Positions 20,304 to 31,343 of a DNA stretch of 64,000 nucleotides are shown one piece after another (within the stretch, counting starts at the first letter, position 1; each line of letters starts with the position of its first letter). Origin of the DNA: a candidate division FCPU426 bacterium (lineage in GTDB: Bacteria > Oederibacteriota > Muellerivitia > Muellerivitales > Muellerivitaceae). The stretch lies in NCBI GenBank assembly GCA_963771075.1, contig CAVYSE010000007.1:230295-294294 (forward strand), in the 5' to 3' direction. The position numbers were made by a program, and so were the translations under genes. The notes beneath the pieces are model-generated. The model made no database searches. It worked only from the letters and a program-made list of their open reading frames with translations, and was not told the DNA's origin.

Positions 20304-20966
20304 TTAGCCCAAAAGCGAGGTTAGCTTTTCAAAATCCTTGAGGCTCAAAATCTTCTTGGCCAAAGCCTTGACTTCCTCGAAGGTTTCCGGTGGAGCGTTT
20401 TTTTTCAGTTTTTTCAGGAATTCCAAACGCTCCAAGTTACTCAAGCTTGGCAGCATATAACTGAGCATCATGCCAAGGTCTTGGGGGGCGATCCGGTTAA
20501 TCATGTTGGTGAACTCGGCGTCGATCTTGGCGTCCGTGAAATGGCGGTAAATGGCCTGGGTGACCTCTCCCTCCTCCCGGTCCATATGGTGCAGGTAATC
20601 GGAAAGGTACCGGTTATAGGCCCGGTAAAATTCATAGCCCGCATTGGTCATGTTGGGGCTGGCGGTGACTTCGAGCCATTGTTTTTCCAATATGTCCAAT
20701 TCAAAATCCAAACGGTGATGGTCCTCGACCGATTTCTGGACGGCCTGGGGTTCCATATCCTTGAGCATAGGGAACTGGATCAAATCCTCATTGTCGGCGT
20801 GTTCCCGCATAAATCGAACGATCTGGGTGAACTCGAGGTTGGCGCTTCGGACATCTGACTCATCAGTCCAATCCAGCCTACTGAGGTGGATGGACAGGTC
20901 CATCAGCCCTTTTCGAATGGCTTTGTGGACACTAATGAATATTTCCATGCGTTGATCGGATTCCAT
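20304..20966 (-). CDS. Hemerythrin-domain protein
   Basis: VHKAIR, HADNED, DHHRLD, HHMDREE di-iron ligand pattern; GGGGAG RBS. Confidence 0.85.
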   Translation of the reverse strand: MESDQRMEIFISVHKAIRKGLMDLSIHLSRLDWTDESDVRSANLEFTQIVRFMREHADNEDLIQFPMLKDMEPQAVQKSVEDHHRLDFELDILEKQWLEVTASPNMTNAGYEFYRAYNRYLSDYLHHMDREEGEVTQAIYRHFTDAKIDAEFTNMINRIAPQDLGMMLSYMLPSLSNLERLEFLKKLKKNAPPETFEEVKALAKKILSLKDFEKLTSLLG

Positions 20967-21188
20967 AATGAACTCCCCTTTAAAAAAGCGACTCTCTAAA
21001 CTTTGACAAAGTCAAAAACCGACCGTATTTATAATAAGCTTTTGCGGTTAAATCCAAGATAGGAAATAGAAAAAAGTGGTAAAAAATTGCCTGTATCAAT
21101 GGGTTTCCAGTTCATATCCGGTGAAAAATGACGTTAGTATAGGTGCCTATTCCTTACCACACCCACCATCCCCTCCAGATAGGGAAAT

Positions 21189-23108
21189 ATGAGCCTGGAT
21201 TCACTAAATAGCGCCATTACCGGCCTCGAATCGGACAGTGCCTGGCTTGACGTGATTGGTAATAACATCGCTAACGTGAATACCACGGCCTTTAAATCGA
21301 GTCGTACGGAATTTGCCACCCAGCTATCTTTGGCCCTATACCCAGGCACCTCGGATTCCCCCCTGACTGGCAAAGGCGGCGCCGACTCCATGGAAATTGG
21401 AACCGGCACCCGGCTGGAATCCATACAAACGGATTTCACCCAAGGGGTCATTCAAAGTACCGGGAGTTCCCTTGATGTGGCCATCGATGGAATTGGATTT
21501 TTGACCGTCAAACAAGGCAACCAAGTTTTTTTCACTCGTGCCGGGGTACTCTCCCTGGACAGCCAGGGTTATTTAGTAGACTCGAACGGGGCCTATGTGC
21601 AGGGCTACAACGCCTTGGAACAGTATACCGATACCGTGATCAATACGCCTGTGGACGGGGGTTACGCCCAGATCACTGATGGCCAATTAGCCCTGGATAA
21701 CTCGAACCTATCCGTAACGCAAAATATCCGCCTTGACCCGCAGATGACCATTCCGCCGAAAGCCACCACCCTGGTTAACTTCACCGGAAATTTGGATTCC
21801 TTTCAGCAACCCAATGTATTGGCCATCTACAACAATTCTGGGCCGGTCCTGCCCGTAGGGCTTATGCTCAGCCCCCCCCAAATTCCAGCGCCTGCCGGAA
21901 TCGATACTTCCAGGATGACCACCGTAAACTTGCCGGGAGGGGGATTTGCCCTCAAGCAAGTCAATGACCTGTCCACACCTAATTACAATCCCAAACCGGT
22001 CGCCGAACCAATCATCAACGGAATCATTCCCCTCACGGATGTAGTGATGAACGACAGCGGCAATTACGCCTGGGAACAGAATCCCCCAATTTCCCCGGCG
22101 GCCCAGGCCACCGAGACGGTCTATGATTCCACGGGCAACCCGCGGCAGATCACGGTCCTTTTTTACCAGGTGAACGACCTGGGTAACGCGGGCATCAACC
22201 CCGCCCCTGGGCCGAACCAGGTGTGTTACGCATGGTACGCCTTCGATACCACGGGAGGCCAGGCCATCAACACCGCGCACCTGCTGGGTGGAACGGCCAT
22301 CCAGGAAGGGGACATGGAGAACAACCCCAATCCCTTCGCGGTTCAAGGATACGATCACGGGCTCCCCTTCTCGGGTTGGGCGGGAGATTTTATCTGGTTT
22401 AACACGGATGGGTCTCTCGCCTCCAGCGGAGGCATCGAGGGACCTCCCTCTCCGCCTGGAACGCCGAACATCATGGATGTCCCCACTGTTTTTTTACCCG
22501 CCTATAACCCCGACTGGCCACCCCTTTCGCCCCTCCCCAGCGAAGGGGCGGAGATCACGGCGGTCCAGTTGAATTTCGGAACTTATGGAATTATTGGGGT
22601 GGGACAAAGGAACGGACTCCACAGCGACGCGGAAGGGAGCTACAAGATCGTCAATGGGGTCAACACCTATGTGCCACATAACGACGTCCAGGCGGCTTCC
22701 CAAAACGGTTACGGCGATGGGCTGTTACAATCCATGGATTTTCAAACGGACGGAACTTTGATCGGTACTTTTTCCAACGGCCAAACGGCTCCCCTGGCCC
22801 AATTGGCCTTGTCTAGTCCCGTCAATTCCGGGGGCCTTGTCCAGGCGGGGAACAATTATTTCACGGTCGCCGCAAATACAGGTCCCATCACGACCGGACT
22901 GGCGGGCACCAACGGCTTTGGACTGGTGCGAGGCGGGTCCTTGGAAAACTCCAACGTGAACCTGACCGTGGAGATGACCAACATGATCGTGGCCCAAAGA
23001 GGGTTCGACAGCAACGCCTGGGTGATATCGGCGGTCGAAGGTGTTTTGCTGGAGCTGGATGGCCTCGGGCTTGAAGAGGGCCCGGAAGGCTTCAAAACAA
23101 AAATATGA
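21189..23108 (+). CDS. flgE: Flagellar hook protein FlgE-like, enlarged and isolated
   Basis: IGNNIANVNTTAFKSSR N-terminus, DVAIDGIGF, FTRAG, VYDSTG, GSLENSNVNLTVEMTNMIVAQRGF C-terminus. Confidence 0.85.
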   Translation: MSLDSLNSAITGLESDSAWLDVIGNNIANVNTTAFKSSRTEFATQLSLALYPGTSDSPLTGKGGADSMEIGTGTRLESIQTDFTQGVIQSTGSSLDVAIDGIGFLTVKQGNQVFFTRAGVLSLDSQGYLVDSNGAYVQGYNALEQYTDTVINTPVDGGYAQITDGQLALDNSNLSVTQNIRLDPQMTIPPKATTLVNFTGNLDSFQQPNVLAIYNNSGPVLPVGLMLSPPQIPAPAGIDTSRMTTVNLPGGGFALKQVNDLSTPNYNPKPVAEPIINGIIPLTDVVMNDSGNYAWEQNPPISPAAQATETVYDSTGNPRQITVLFYQVNDLGNAGINPAPGPNQVCYAWYAFDTTGGQAINTAHLLGGTAIQEGDMENNPNPFAVQGYDHGLPFSGWAGDFIWFNTDGSLASSGGIEGPPSPPGTPNIMDVPTVFLPAYNPDWPPLSPLPSEGAEITAVQLNFGTYGIIGVGQRNGLHSDAEGSYKIVNGVNTYVPHNDVQAASQNGYGDGLLQSMDFQTDGTLIGTFSNGQTAPLAQLALSSPVNSGGLVQAGNNYFTVAANTGPITTGLAGTNGFGLVRGGSLENSNVNLTVEMTNMIVAQRGFDSNAWVISAVEGVLLELDGLGLEEGPEGFKTKI

Positions 23109-23412
23109 GCCATGGTCGAAATACCAAAAGTTGAAAGGCCTCGCGATTTGTAGCCTTGTACGGCCGAGGATAACTTTGTAAAAAGGTTCATATCGTGGTT
23201 GATAAGGACTTTCTGCCTTAAAAGATTTCATAAGCAGTCCGGCCTTATGGGTTTTCGCGAAAGATTTGACGGTAACCACTTACCCAAATAGGGAAATGCA
23301 AAGAGTTGAAAAAATGTCCATGAACATGTGTTCCATCACATTTCCGGCAATCATCTGATATTAAGATGCTAATTATTGAAGGTTATCATCAATCCAAGGG
23401 GAACGGTCATTC

Positions 23413-23961
23413 ATGCAGCCTGTTTTCGGGAAAACCATCCAAGACCAGTTTTATTACGAGTTCGCCAAGCTTCTTTCCAAGGCCCATTTCAATAGCGAAA
23501 TCCATTTTGATTACGTAAAGGAAAAATATCTTGCCCTTTCGAAGGGCCAGATCCACATGGCCCTGTCACTCCTGGAAAAAGAGGGGGTATCGGAACTGCC
23601 CATGGTTTGCGCTTTTTGCGGCTCAAAGAGGGACCTGCAAACCAGTTATTTAATTCCCCTCGCCAAAGGAGGATGGGATTCCCCCGACAACCAGGTCTTA
23701 TCTTGTAAGGCGTGTTTTACCTCCCGCGAAAATCGGGGTATCTTTGAGTGGTTAGGCTTGAAGAAAAAGGAAACCCTTCATCCTTTGGTCGCTGGGAAAT
23801 ATCTCATCGAGCTTTTCGTTTATAACAAAGCAAAGGGTACCCTTCATGTGGATTCCGAGAACCTTCCAAGTTTATGTGGTATTTGCAAAAAAGGTTATGT
23901 ATGCAAAGAGGCCGTCACCTCGGGGGAACTAACCGCTTTCTGCCTTGAGAGTATTATTTAG
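23413..23961 (+). CDS. HNH-like zinc-binding protein with degenerate nuclease site
   Basis: CAFCG..SYLIPLAKGG.D..DNQVLSCKACF; second Cys cluster near the C-terminus. Confidence 0.65.
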   Translation: MQPVFGKTIQDQFYYEFAKLLSKAHFNSEIHFDYVKEKYLALSKGQIHMALSLLEKEGVSELPMVCAFCGSKRDLQTSYLIPLAKGGWDSPDNQVLSCKACFTSRENRGIFEWLGLKKKETLHPLVAGKYLIELFVYNKAKGTLHVDSENLPSLCGICKKGYVCKEAVTSGELTAFCLESII

Positions 23962-24138
23962 GTCGGCAGTCCGTTTTTTTAAATAAAAAATAATATCCTT
24001 GAAAAATAACTGGACCTGATTTTCCCGTGCAAACGCCATGATTTCCGACAAATAAAAATGTAAATAAATGTAAAAATCCGAAACAAGTTACATGAAGTGA
24101 GGTAGAATTTAATCAACGAGATAAAATGGGAGCAGTAC

Positions 24139-27100
24139 GTGAATTCGTTACTGAAGTTCCTGAAAACGTTATCATGTTTTCATGAGCGTCGATTGTTGGT
24201 TAATTTTAACGACAATCGAAGCGCAAAAATATTTATTACTTCACTTATTATCGGAATTCTACCGGTAACGTATTCTTACGCCCAAGTTCTTGGTTCGGCC
24301 GTCATTTGTTCCAGTTCACCCACCACCTATACATCCATCGCGACTACCTACGGGCCCCTATCCCCGGGTACGGGCAATTGCGGTTTTCCGAGTGGGACCT
24401 ACGATCCGAATTATTACGCCGCCATCATCAGCGCTGATTACCAGAACGGTATGGCCTGCGGGGCTTGCATCGACGCGTTGGATATAACGACGGGCGGTTC
24501 CGTCACGGTCATGGTGGTGGACAACTGTCCGAGTTGTTCCACCGCAAACCAACTGGATTTGGGCCCCACTGCCTGGAACACATTGACGGGAAATGCTCCA
24601 GCGGGTATCGCAAATATCGACTGGCATTTCATCCAGTGTCCTTTGAGCATGATGACCGGGGACCCCTCCGGTGACATCATGTATGAATGGAAGTCAGGTT
24701 GCAGCGCAAGTTACGATCCCATCCAGTTTTTGGACATGAATATTCCCATCACGTCTGTCAGTGTCTCCTCTACCTCCAATGGCACCTACACGGCTCTTAC
24801 ATTGGGTGCGAACGGCGTGGGTGGGGATGAGTATTGGGGACTCACCAGCGGTGGCCTGAACGGAAACTCCGGAGGGCCATTTTATTTCGACGTAACGAAC
24901 GCCTGTGGGCAATCCACAACCATTGGACCTTTGAGCGTGGGTTCCTGCGGAACGACCTATACGACCACCAACCAATTTAATGGGACCGGGCCCACCAACA
25001 CTCCCGGACCCCATACCGCGACCCCCACCATCACCCAAACACCTGCCCCCATGCAGCCCGTGACGGTCAGCGGGATTACCTTCACCAATTGCGGCGCGAG
25101 CCAACCGAGCGCCTATTCCCAACAGCAAAGTTTAGTGGCCCAGGGTACCGGGTTAGATTACACCATGGTCTCTGCCCAGTGCGGCCAACCCTTGAACGTA
25201 ACTCTTCCCGCAGGATCAACAGCCGTCACGGCCTTCCTATATGTGGAATACAACAACGGTGGTGCTGATGTTGCTCCTAATACGACTCAAATCACGATCA
25301 ATGGAAACGGGACAGGCACTGGAACAAATACGGGTGCGGTTTCCTATGTCGGATGGACCCAGACCTGGTACAGCATTCGTTATGGAATTAGTCCCGGTTC
25401 CCTTAACACGGGCGCCAATACCGTTAACACCTCCGCCGTCGGCGATTCATGCCAGGGATTGGGGCTGATGGTGCTTTACAAAAATCCGGCGGAAACCTCC
25501 AATAATGTCGTGGCCATCTCGGATGGGGAGAGCGCATGGCATTTTGAAGAAAACGGCCAAATAGCATATGGTTATCCCCCCTATGACACCAACTTGAATT
25601 GGACCTGCCTGGGCATGAGTTGCGGTTCCTACTCGACGCGTTTTTCCGCTCTTGGCGGCGCCCAGGAGTGTACCGGCAGTACCAATGGATTCATGGACCA
25701 GATCGAAACCAACGGATCGGGCCCCAACCATCCACCGGCGTCAAATGGTTCACAATACGGGGGTAACGAAGGGTCTCCAGCCGTATGGAGCGGCCCTCCA
25801 GGCGCCTTGAATTGTAAAGTCGGAAGCGGTCCTGATGAAATATCTAGGGATTATTACCCGCCCACTAGCGCCTTCAGCAACAATGGTCAGAGTTTTGAGT
25901 GGGGGTTAGACCCGGCTCCACCTTTAACGGCCAAAAGCAGCTATTGGCAACAGGCGGTCGTGGCCCAATACCAATGTAACCCGACCCAACAATGTTCGGT
26001 GAGTCAGACTTTCAATCAGTCGGTTCCTGGTACTCCTCCTGGCTGGATGGTGGGGGCTGCACCGCCCGACCAAGGTACTTGGGGTGAAGGTACCAACGGT
26101 GTTTCGTTCGTAGGCGGCGTTTATTCCTCGTGTTTGGATGAAAACAACCAGCTGCTGAACACCCAGGTCGCCAGCGGCCCCGGGACCATGGTGGTGAATT
26201 ATTGCCAAAATAACGTGCATCAATCTCCGAACGAGGGGGGCATCATGTGGGACGTGAACCCCTCCACGGGCGCGGGGTATGAAATTCAATTTGACGGGGA
26301 CAATTGCGCAAACGCGGATAGCACTCTGACTTTCAACGTGTATGGGGCCGCCAGCACGGGTACCGGAAACGTTACTAAAACCCAAACGGTGGACCTGCCT
26401 GCCAACAGCGCCATGTGCGCCATGTGTCCAACCTCGGTATGGATCCAATTGATCGTCAGTGGGAACAGCTTCATTGTCTCCATTGGCGCCGCCCAGGGTT
26501 CTTATACCTTTGGCACGACCTTCACGGATTCGACTTATTCATCGGGACTTGTGGGCATCAGTGACCATGGTTGCCCGAACGATCTATTCAAATCTTTTGC
26601 TTGGCATGGTGTTTGTAATCCCACCTTTACCCCTACTCCGACACCAACCCCTACCCGTACTCCCACACCGACCCCCACCCGAACCCCCACGCCCACCAAT
26701 ACCCCAACCCCGACCCCCACTCCTACTAACACGCCCACTCCCACACCCACCCCGACTCGTACCCCAACCCCTACCCCCACCCCGACGATCACCCCGACGC
26801 CTACACCTACCCCAACTAACACACCCACTCCCACTCCAACCCCGACTAATACACCGACTCCTACCCCGACACCAACTAAAACTCCTACTCCCACTCCTAC
26901 CCCTACTAACACTCCGACCCCCACCCCAACCCCGACCAACACGCCAACGCCTACACCTACACCCACGAATACACCGACTCCCACCCCTACACCGCCTAAT
27001 TCCTACACGCCCACACCTACTCCTACGCCCACCAACACCCCCACCCCCACTAACACTCCCACCCCTACTCCGACACCCACCATTACTCCCACCCATACGC

Positions 27101-29502
27101 CGACCAACACCCCGACCCCGACTCCCACGCCGACTAATACACCGACCCCCACCAACACACCGACACCTACCAATACACCAACGGTGACGCCGACAAAAAC
27201 ACCCACCAACACGCCGACGGTAACGAACACCCCTACACCGACCAATACCCCCACCCTGACCCCAACGCAAACACCGACTCCGACTCCCACAAATACACCC
27301 ACGGTCACACCGACACCCACAACGACGAACACCCCTACAGTGACGAACACACCCACACCGACCAATACCCCCACCCTAACCCCGACCCATACCCCTACCC
27401 CTACCCCGACGAATACGCCCACGGTGACGAACACCCATACAACCACGAACACGCCTACGGTGACCAATACTCCCACGCCGACGAATACGCCTACATTGAC
27501 CCCAACCCAAACCCTCACGCCTACGGCCACGAACACCCGCACACCCACCCATACCCCGACCCTGTCTTTGACCCCAACGGTGACGGATAGCCCGACCGAT
27601 AGCTATACGCCCACGGTCACTCCGACCTGGACGTATACGGCCACCCCCACCTTGACCCGTACCGTCACCAATACCAATACAGTGACCCCCACGCCGACCT
27701 CGACCAATACCCGTACCGTGACTTCGACCTTGACCACAACGATGACACCGACACTGACTCATTCTTCAACCTTAACCAGTACCCCGACAGTCACTCCCAG
27801 CTCTACCAACAGCCCCACCGTGACTTCCACTCGGACTTTTACGAACACCCACACCCCCACGATGACACCCACATCCACCCCGACCCCTACGGCCAGCCGC
27901 ACACCGACCCAGACCTTCACTTCCACCTTGACGCCCACCTGGACGAATACCTGGACCGCGACCGACTCGCCGACCTTTACGGGAACGCCGACCTGGACCC
28001 ACACTCCGTTGGATACCTGGACGGTCACCCCAACCCGAACCCCGACCCGAACCCCGACCATGACGAATTCCCCAACCTCGAGTGGCACGCCGACGCCTAC
28101 ACACACTCCAACGAGTACGCCCACAGCGACTTCAACTCCCACGTCGACCCCGACTCCCACCGTGACCCTGACCGCAACCCCCACGGCCACAATAACCGCC
28201 ACCCCGCAAGGTCTGGCGTCCTTGAACAAACAGGCTTCCTCCTCCAACACGAGCGGTGGAGGTGTGGTGATTTACACCCTCACATTGAATGTGCTGGGCA
28301 ACGCCGTGACAAATGTGGTGTTGACCGACCCCTTGCCGGCCAATGTGACCTTCCAATCGTTTGGCAATACGCCTGCGGGAGCGATCGCGGCCTACAACCA
28401 GGCGACCTCGGTGATGAGCTGGCAGATGCCCTCGCCCTTGGGCCCGGGTCAGTACCAAATGACCTACCAGGTAATGGTGAACCCCCTGGTTCCGGGAGGA
28501 TTGAAGATCCAAAACTGCGCGGTTTTAAGCTATACGGGAGGGGCCGCGACGTCATCTTGCGCGAGCGTACAGACTACTGGTTCGTACACCGTGAAGATCG
28601 AGGTGTATAACGAGGCTGGGGAACTGATCCAGTCGATGCCGGTGAGCCAGTATTCGCAGGTGATCAGCGGTGTGAGCCTGAGTTCCAGCGCGATCACGGC
28701 AGTAAGCGGGACGGGAAGCTCGACGACGATCTATTTCGATGGGGTGCCGATCGGGACGTGGAACGGGATGGACTCGACGGGGAACCCGGCGGTGAACGGG
28801 CAGTATTACGTGAAGGTGGACAGCATCAGTGGGATGGGAGCGGACACGAGCGTGACGGAACCGGTGGTGGTGAACCGGTCGGTGTACAAGGTGGCGGTGA
28901 AGATTTACAACGAGGCGGGAGAGGTGGTGAAGAACCTCTATTCCTATACGAGCAACCCGGTGTCGAACAACGCGACGCAGCTGGGACTGTCGACGACAGG
29001 GTTCGAGCCGACGAGCGGGACGCCGGCGGGGACGATTCCGACGAATGTAACGATCACGCTCAACAACGGGACGACGATCATGTGGGACGGTACGGGGGAC
29101 AATGGGGCGGTGGTGGCGTCGGGTCAGTATTTCATCTCGGTATCGGCACAGGATGGCCAGGGCGGGGAGACGGTGATGACGGGGCATGTGCTGGTGATGT
29201 CGGATAACGCGAACGCGGGGATGGGGAACCTGACGGCGAGGCCGAACCTGTTGAATGCGGGGACGGGATACAGCGTCCAGGTGGTGTCGGATTCAGGGGA
29301 AAGCCTGACCCTGGCCTTCCGGGTCTATGATGCGGCTGGGGAACTGGTGAGGAGGGAAGTCACGGGTCCGGCAGGTTCCAACATGGCTACTTGCGACGCG
29401 GCGGGACTGGCGAGCGGGGTTTATTTCATGGCGGTGGACGCCTACAACGTCCAAGGCGGCCTGGTGGGACAAAAGGCTCTCAAAATCGTTCTTGTGCGTT
29501 AA
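24139..29502 (+). CDS. Large secreted multidomain protein: expansin (DPBB + CBM63-like), beta-rich domains, ~530-aa Pro/Thr linker, DUF11-like Ig, three FlgD-Ig/CTD-like domains
   Basis: Signal peptide ending [25 protein letters not shown] expansin motifs; [12 protein letters not shown]11 motif; YNEAGE/YDAAGE x3; ends KIVLVR. Exact start uncertain. Confidence 0.85.
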   Translation: MNSLLKFLKTLSCFHERRLLVNFNDNRSAKIFITSLIIGILPVTYSYAQVLGSAVICSSSPTTYTSIATTYGPLSPGTGNCGFPSGTYDPNYYAAIISADYQNGMACGACIDALDITTGGSVTVMVVDNCPSCSTANQLDLGPTAWNTLTGNAPAGIANIDWHFIQCPLSMMTGDPSGDIMYEWKSGCSASYDPIQFLDMNIPITSVSVSSTSNGTYTALTLGANGVGGDEYWGLTSGGLNGNSGGPFYFDVTNACGQSTTIGPLSVGSCGTTYTTTNQFNGTGPTNTPGPHTATPTITQTPAPMQPVTVSGITFTNCGASQPSAYSQQQSLVAQGTGLDYTMVSAQCGQPLNVTLPAGSTAVTAFLYVEYNNGGADVAPNTTQITINGNGTGTGTNTGAVSYVGWTQTWYSIRYGISPGSLNTGANTVNTSAVGDSCQGLGLMVLYKNPAETSNNVVAISDGESAWHFEENGQIAYGYPPYDTNLNWTCLGMSCGSYSTRFSALGGAQECTGSTNGFMDQIETNGSGPNHPPASNGSQYGGNEGSPAVWSGPPGALNCKVGSGPDEISRDYYPPTSAFSNNGQSFEWGLDPAPPLTAKSSYWQQAVVAQYQCNPTQQCSVSQTFNQSVPGTPPGWMVGAAPPDQGTWGEGTNGVSFVGGVYSSCLDENNQLLNTQVASGPGTMVVNYCQNNVHQSPNEGGIMWDVNPSTGAGYEIQFDGDNCANADSTLTFNVYGAASTGTGNVTKTQTVDLPANSAMCAMCPTSVWIQLIVSGNSFIVSIGAAQGSYTFGTTFTDSTYSSGLVGISDHGCPNDLFKSFAWHGVCNPTFTPTPTPTPTRTPTPTPTRTPTPTNTPTPTPTPTNTPTPTPTPTRTPTPTPTPTITPTPTPTPTNTPTPTPTPTNTPTPTPTPTKTPTPTPTPTNTPTPTPTPTNTPTPTPTPTNTPTPTPTPPNSYTPTPTPTPTNTPTPTNTPTPTPTPTITPTHTPTNTPTPTPTPTNTPTPTNTPTPTNTPTVTPTKTPTNTPTVTNTPTPTNTPTLTPTQTPTPTPTNTPTVTPTPTTTNTPTVTNTPTPTNTPTLTPTHTPTPTPTNTPTVTNTHTTTNTPTVTNTPTPTNTPTLTPTQTLTPTATNTRTPTHTPTLSLTPTVTDSPTDSYTPTVTPTWTYTATPTLTRTVTNTNTVTPTPTSTNTRTVTSTLTTTMTPTLTHSSTLTSTPTVTPSSTNSPTVTSTRTFTNTHTPTMTPTSTPTPTASRTPTQTFTSTLTPTWTNTWTATDSPTFTGTPTWTHTPLDTWTVTPTRTPTRTPTMTNSPTSSGTPTPTHTPTSTPTATSTPTSTPTPTVTLTATPTATITATPQGLASLNKQASSSNTSGGGVVIYTLTLNVLGNAVTNVVLTDPLPANVTFQSFGNTPAGAIAAYNQATSVMSWQMPSPLGPGQYQMTYQVMVNPLVPGGLKIQNCAVLSYTGGAATSSCASVQTTGSYTVKIEVYNEAGELIQSMPVSQYSQVISGVSLSSSAITAVSGTGSSTTIYFDGVPIGTWNGMDSTGNPAVNGQYYVKVDSISGMGADTSVTEPVVVNRSVYKVAVKIYNEAGEVVKNLYSYTSNPVSNNATQLGLSTTGFEPTSGTPAGTIPTNVTITLNNGTTIMWDGTGDNGAVVASGQYFISVSAQDGQGGETVMTGHVLVMSDNANAGMGNLTARPNLLNAGTGYSVQVVSDSGESLTLAFRVYDAAGELVRREVTGPAGSNMATCDAAGLASGVYFMAVDAYNVQGGLVGQKALKIVLVR
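26620..28206 (+). repeat. Coding low-complexity (Thr-X)n / Pro-Thr repeat
   Basis: TPTP/TNTP runs; 120-nt higher-order periodicity at 27181, 27301, 27421. Confidence 0.95.
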
Positions 29503-29737
29503 TATTATTTCCAAAGTTTAAAAAATTATTTGTGATAGCGGTTGGCATGGGTTTTACTTCGCTCTTTCCACATTGTCTATTCTTGTTCAAATAGGGTGAA
29601 AATCATCGTCGCTTTGTATAAGGTTTTGGTTAAAAAACTCTAATATGATTTAAACCATAAATAAAACCAGAGAGAACACTTAAAAATTAACACCGGTAGA
29701 AGGCCGGTCTATTTAATTTCCGGTGAAGGGTGTTTCT

Positions 29738-30859
29738 ATGTCTAATCTCTTTCCCGCAATTGACCCGATTCCCCTACCGGCGCCAGTTTGGCTTTTCAAG
29801 GTTCTCCACGACCTGACCTTGACCCTGCATTTTTCTTTCCTCAGCCTCTTGATAGGCGGTTTGTTCCTGGGGATGGTTTGGAATTTTTTGGGTCACGCTC
29901 TGAAAAACAATCAGTCCATCACGGCTTCCGGGGTGGTGGCGAGCCGCCTGCCCATCGTGACCACTTATGTCATTAACCTGGGAATCCCGCCCCTCCTCTT
30001 TGTCCAGGTGCTTTACGGTCGGGCCATTTACACTAGTACTATACTAATCGCGACACATTGGATCAGCGTGGTCTTCGCGGTCTTGGCCGCCTATTTGGTC
30101 CTATACCGAATGACCCATTTGGCTGAAAACGGAAAAGCCTGGTGGGGGTGGGGGATACTCGCGCTGGGTCTTCTCGGCCATGTGGGGCATGTTTATTCCA
30201 CTGCATCTACACTGATGCTCCGCCCCGAAGTATGGCCGGGTATGTATGATGCCACCGTATTGGGAACCCGATTGCCCCCGCCTGATCCGACCCTCTGGCC
30301 TCGCTTGGGGATGGTCTTTTTGGGCGGATTAGGTTTTGGAGCCCTCGGCACATCGCTATACACTTCCAAACAGAACCTGGATGAAGGAGTAAAAGTCTTC
30401 ATCCGGCGTTGGTGCGGTTTCCTGGCCTTGATCTCCCTCCCTTGTCTCGCCTACTGCGGTTACCTGGCCTACGGGGCGCAGCCCTCTTTTGTCATTCAAG
30501 GATTACAGGGGGAATGGGGCCGTATCTTGTTGATGTTATGGCCCGCGTTAGTGGGACTCAGTTTATTTTCGGCGGTGTTGCTGATCCTGATGCCCAAGGG
30601 CTGGCATTGGGAAAAGATCCTGATGATCTCCATTCCGCCTTTCCTATCTCTCGCCAGTTTTGTGGTTTTGCGGGACTTCGTTCGGGACTTATCCCTCCTT
30701 CAATGCGGTTTTGACGTCTGGACCAGTCCGGTTTACACCAATTGGCTGGTCGTGGGCCTCTTCCTTCTTTTATTCGTGGTCGGCCTGGGCTTCCTGGCCT
30801 GGGTAATGATGGTCATGCGGGGTGCCAAATCCGTGGAGGAACGATATGTCCAACCCTGA
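29738..30859 (+). CDS. Polytopic membrane protein, divergent cytochrome bd subunit I (CydA)-like partner subunit
   Basis: About 9-10 TM; LTLTLHFSF first-helix His, NLGIPPLLFVQVLYG, MLRPEVW, LRDFVR echo the CydA layout; first gene of the operon. Confidence 0.55.
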   Translation: MSNLFPAIDPIPLPAPVWLFKVLHDLTLTLHFSFLSLLIGGLFLGMVWNFLGHALKNNQSITASGVVASRLPIVTTYVINLGIPPLLFVQVLYGRAIYTSTILIATHWISVVFAVLAAYLVLYRMTHLAENGKAWWGWGILALGLLGHVGHVYSTASTLMLRPEVWPGMYDATVLGTRLPPPDPTLWPRLGMVFLGGLGFGALGTSLYTSKQNLDEGVKVFIRRWCGFLALISLPCLAYCGYLAYGAQPSFVIQGLQGEWGRILLMLWPALVGLSLFSAVLLILMPKGWHWEKILMISIPPFLSLASFVVLRDFVRDLSLLQCGFDVWTSPVYTNWLVVGLFLLLFVVGLGFLAWVMMVMRGAKSVEERYVQP

Positions 30860-31343
30860 GTATTCAACCCAGCCTACCGATCAAAAGGATAACGGCCTAT
30901 TGGGCCCGGTGGACCGGCGCACCTTCTTGAAAGTCGCTATTGGTACCTTGGGTGCCGTTTACGCGGGAGCGGTAGGTTATCCCGTTTATCGATACTTGGC
31001 CTCGCCGGTGGAGGAAGGGGACTTGGCGGGAGCGGTGAGCAAGGTGACACTCGATAACGCCCTTACGCTGCCCGTGAACTCAGCCTTGATGTTCAAATTC
31101 GGTACCGGCCCGGCCATGTTGATCCATCATGAGGACGACAGTTGGACGGCCCTGAGCGCGGTTTGTACCCACTTGGGATGCACTCCGTCCTATCTGCCCG
31201 ATAAAAAAGAGATCTATTGCCCATGCCATGGGGGTGTTTACGACGCCCGCACGGGGGGGAATATTTCCGGTCCACCTCCCAAGCCTCTGACCCTATACAA
31301 AGTGAGCATTGAAAATGGAAAAATCACCGTCAGCCGCTCCTAA
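30846..31343 (+). CDS. Rieske [2Fe-2S] subunit of a cytochrome bc complex
   Basis: Tat motif RRTFLK, CTHLGC and CPCHGG, GPPPKPL; GGAGGA RBS. Confidence 0.95.
   Translation: MSNPEYSTQPTDQKDNGLLGPVDRRTFLKVAIGTLGAVYAGAVGYPVYRYLASPVEEGDLAGAVSKVTLDNALTLPVNSALMFKFGTGPAMLIHHEDDSWTALSAVCTHLGCTPSYLPDKKEIYCPCHGGVYDARTGGNISGPPPKPLTLYKVSIENGKITVSRS

Noticed and set aside
26620..28206. CRISPR-like or DGR-like repeat array
   Set aside because: In-frame coding repeats with no constant repeat/unique spacer pattern; no cas or reverse transcriptase genes in the window
26459..28250. Val-Gly and Arg-Gly rich antisense or alternate-frame ORFs
   Set aside because: Shadows of the Pro/Thr repeat
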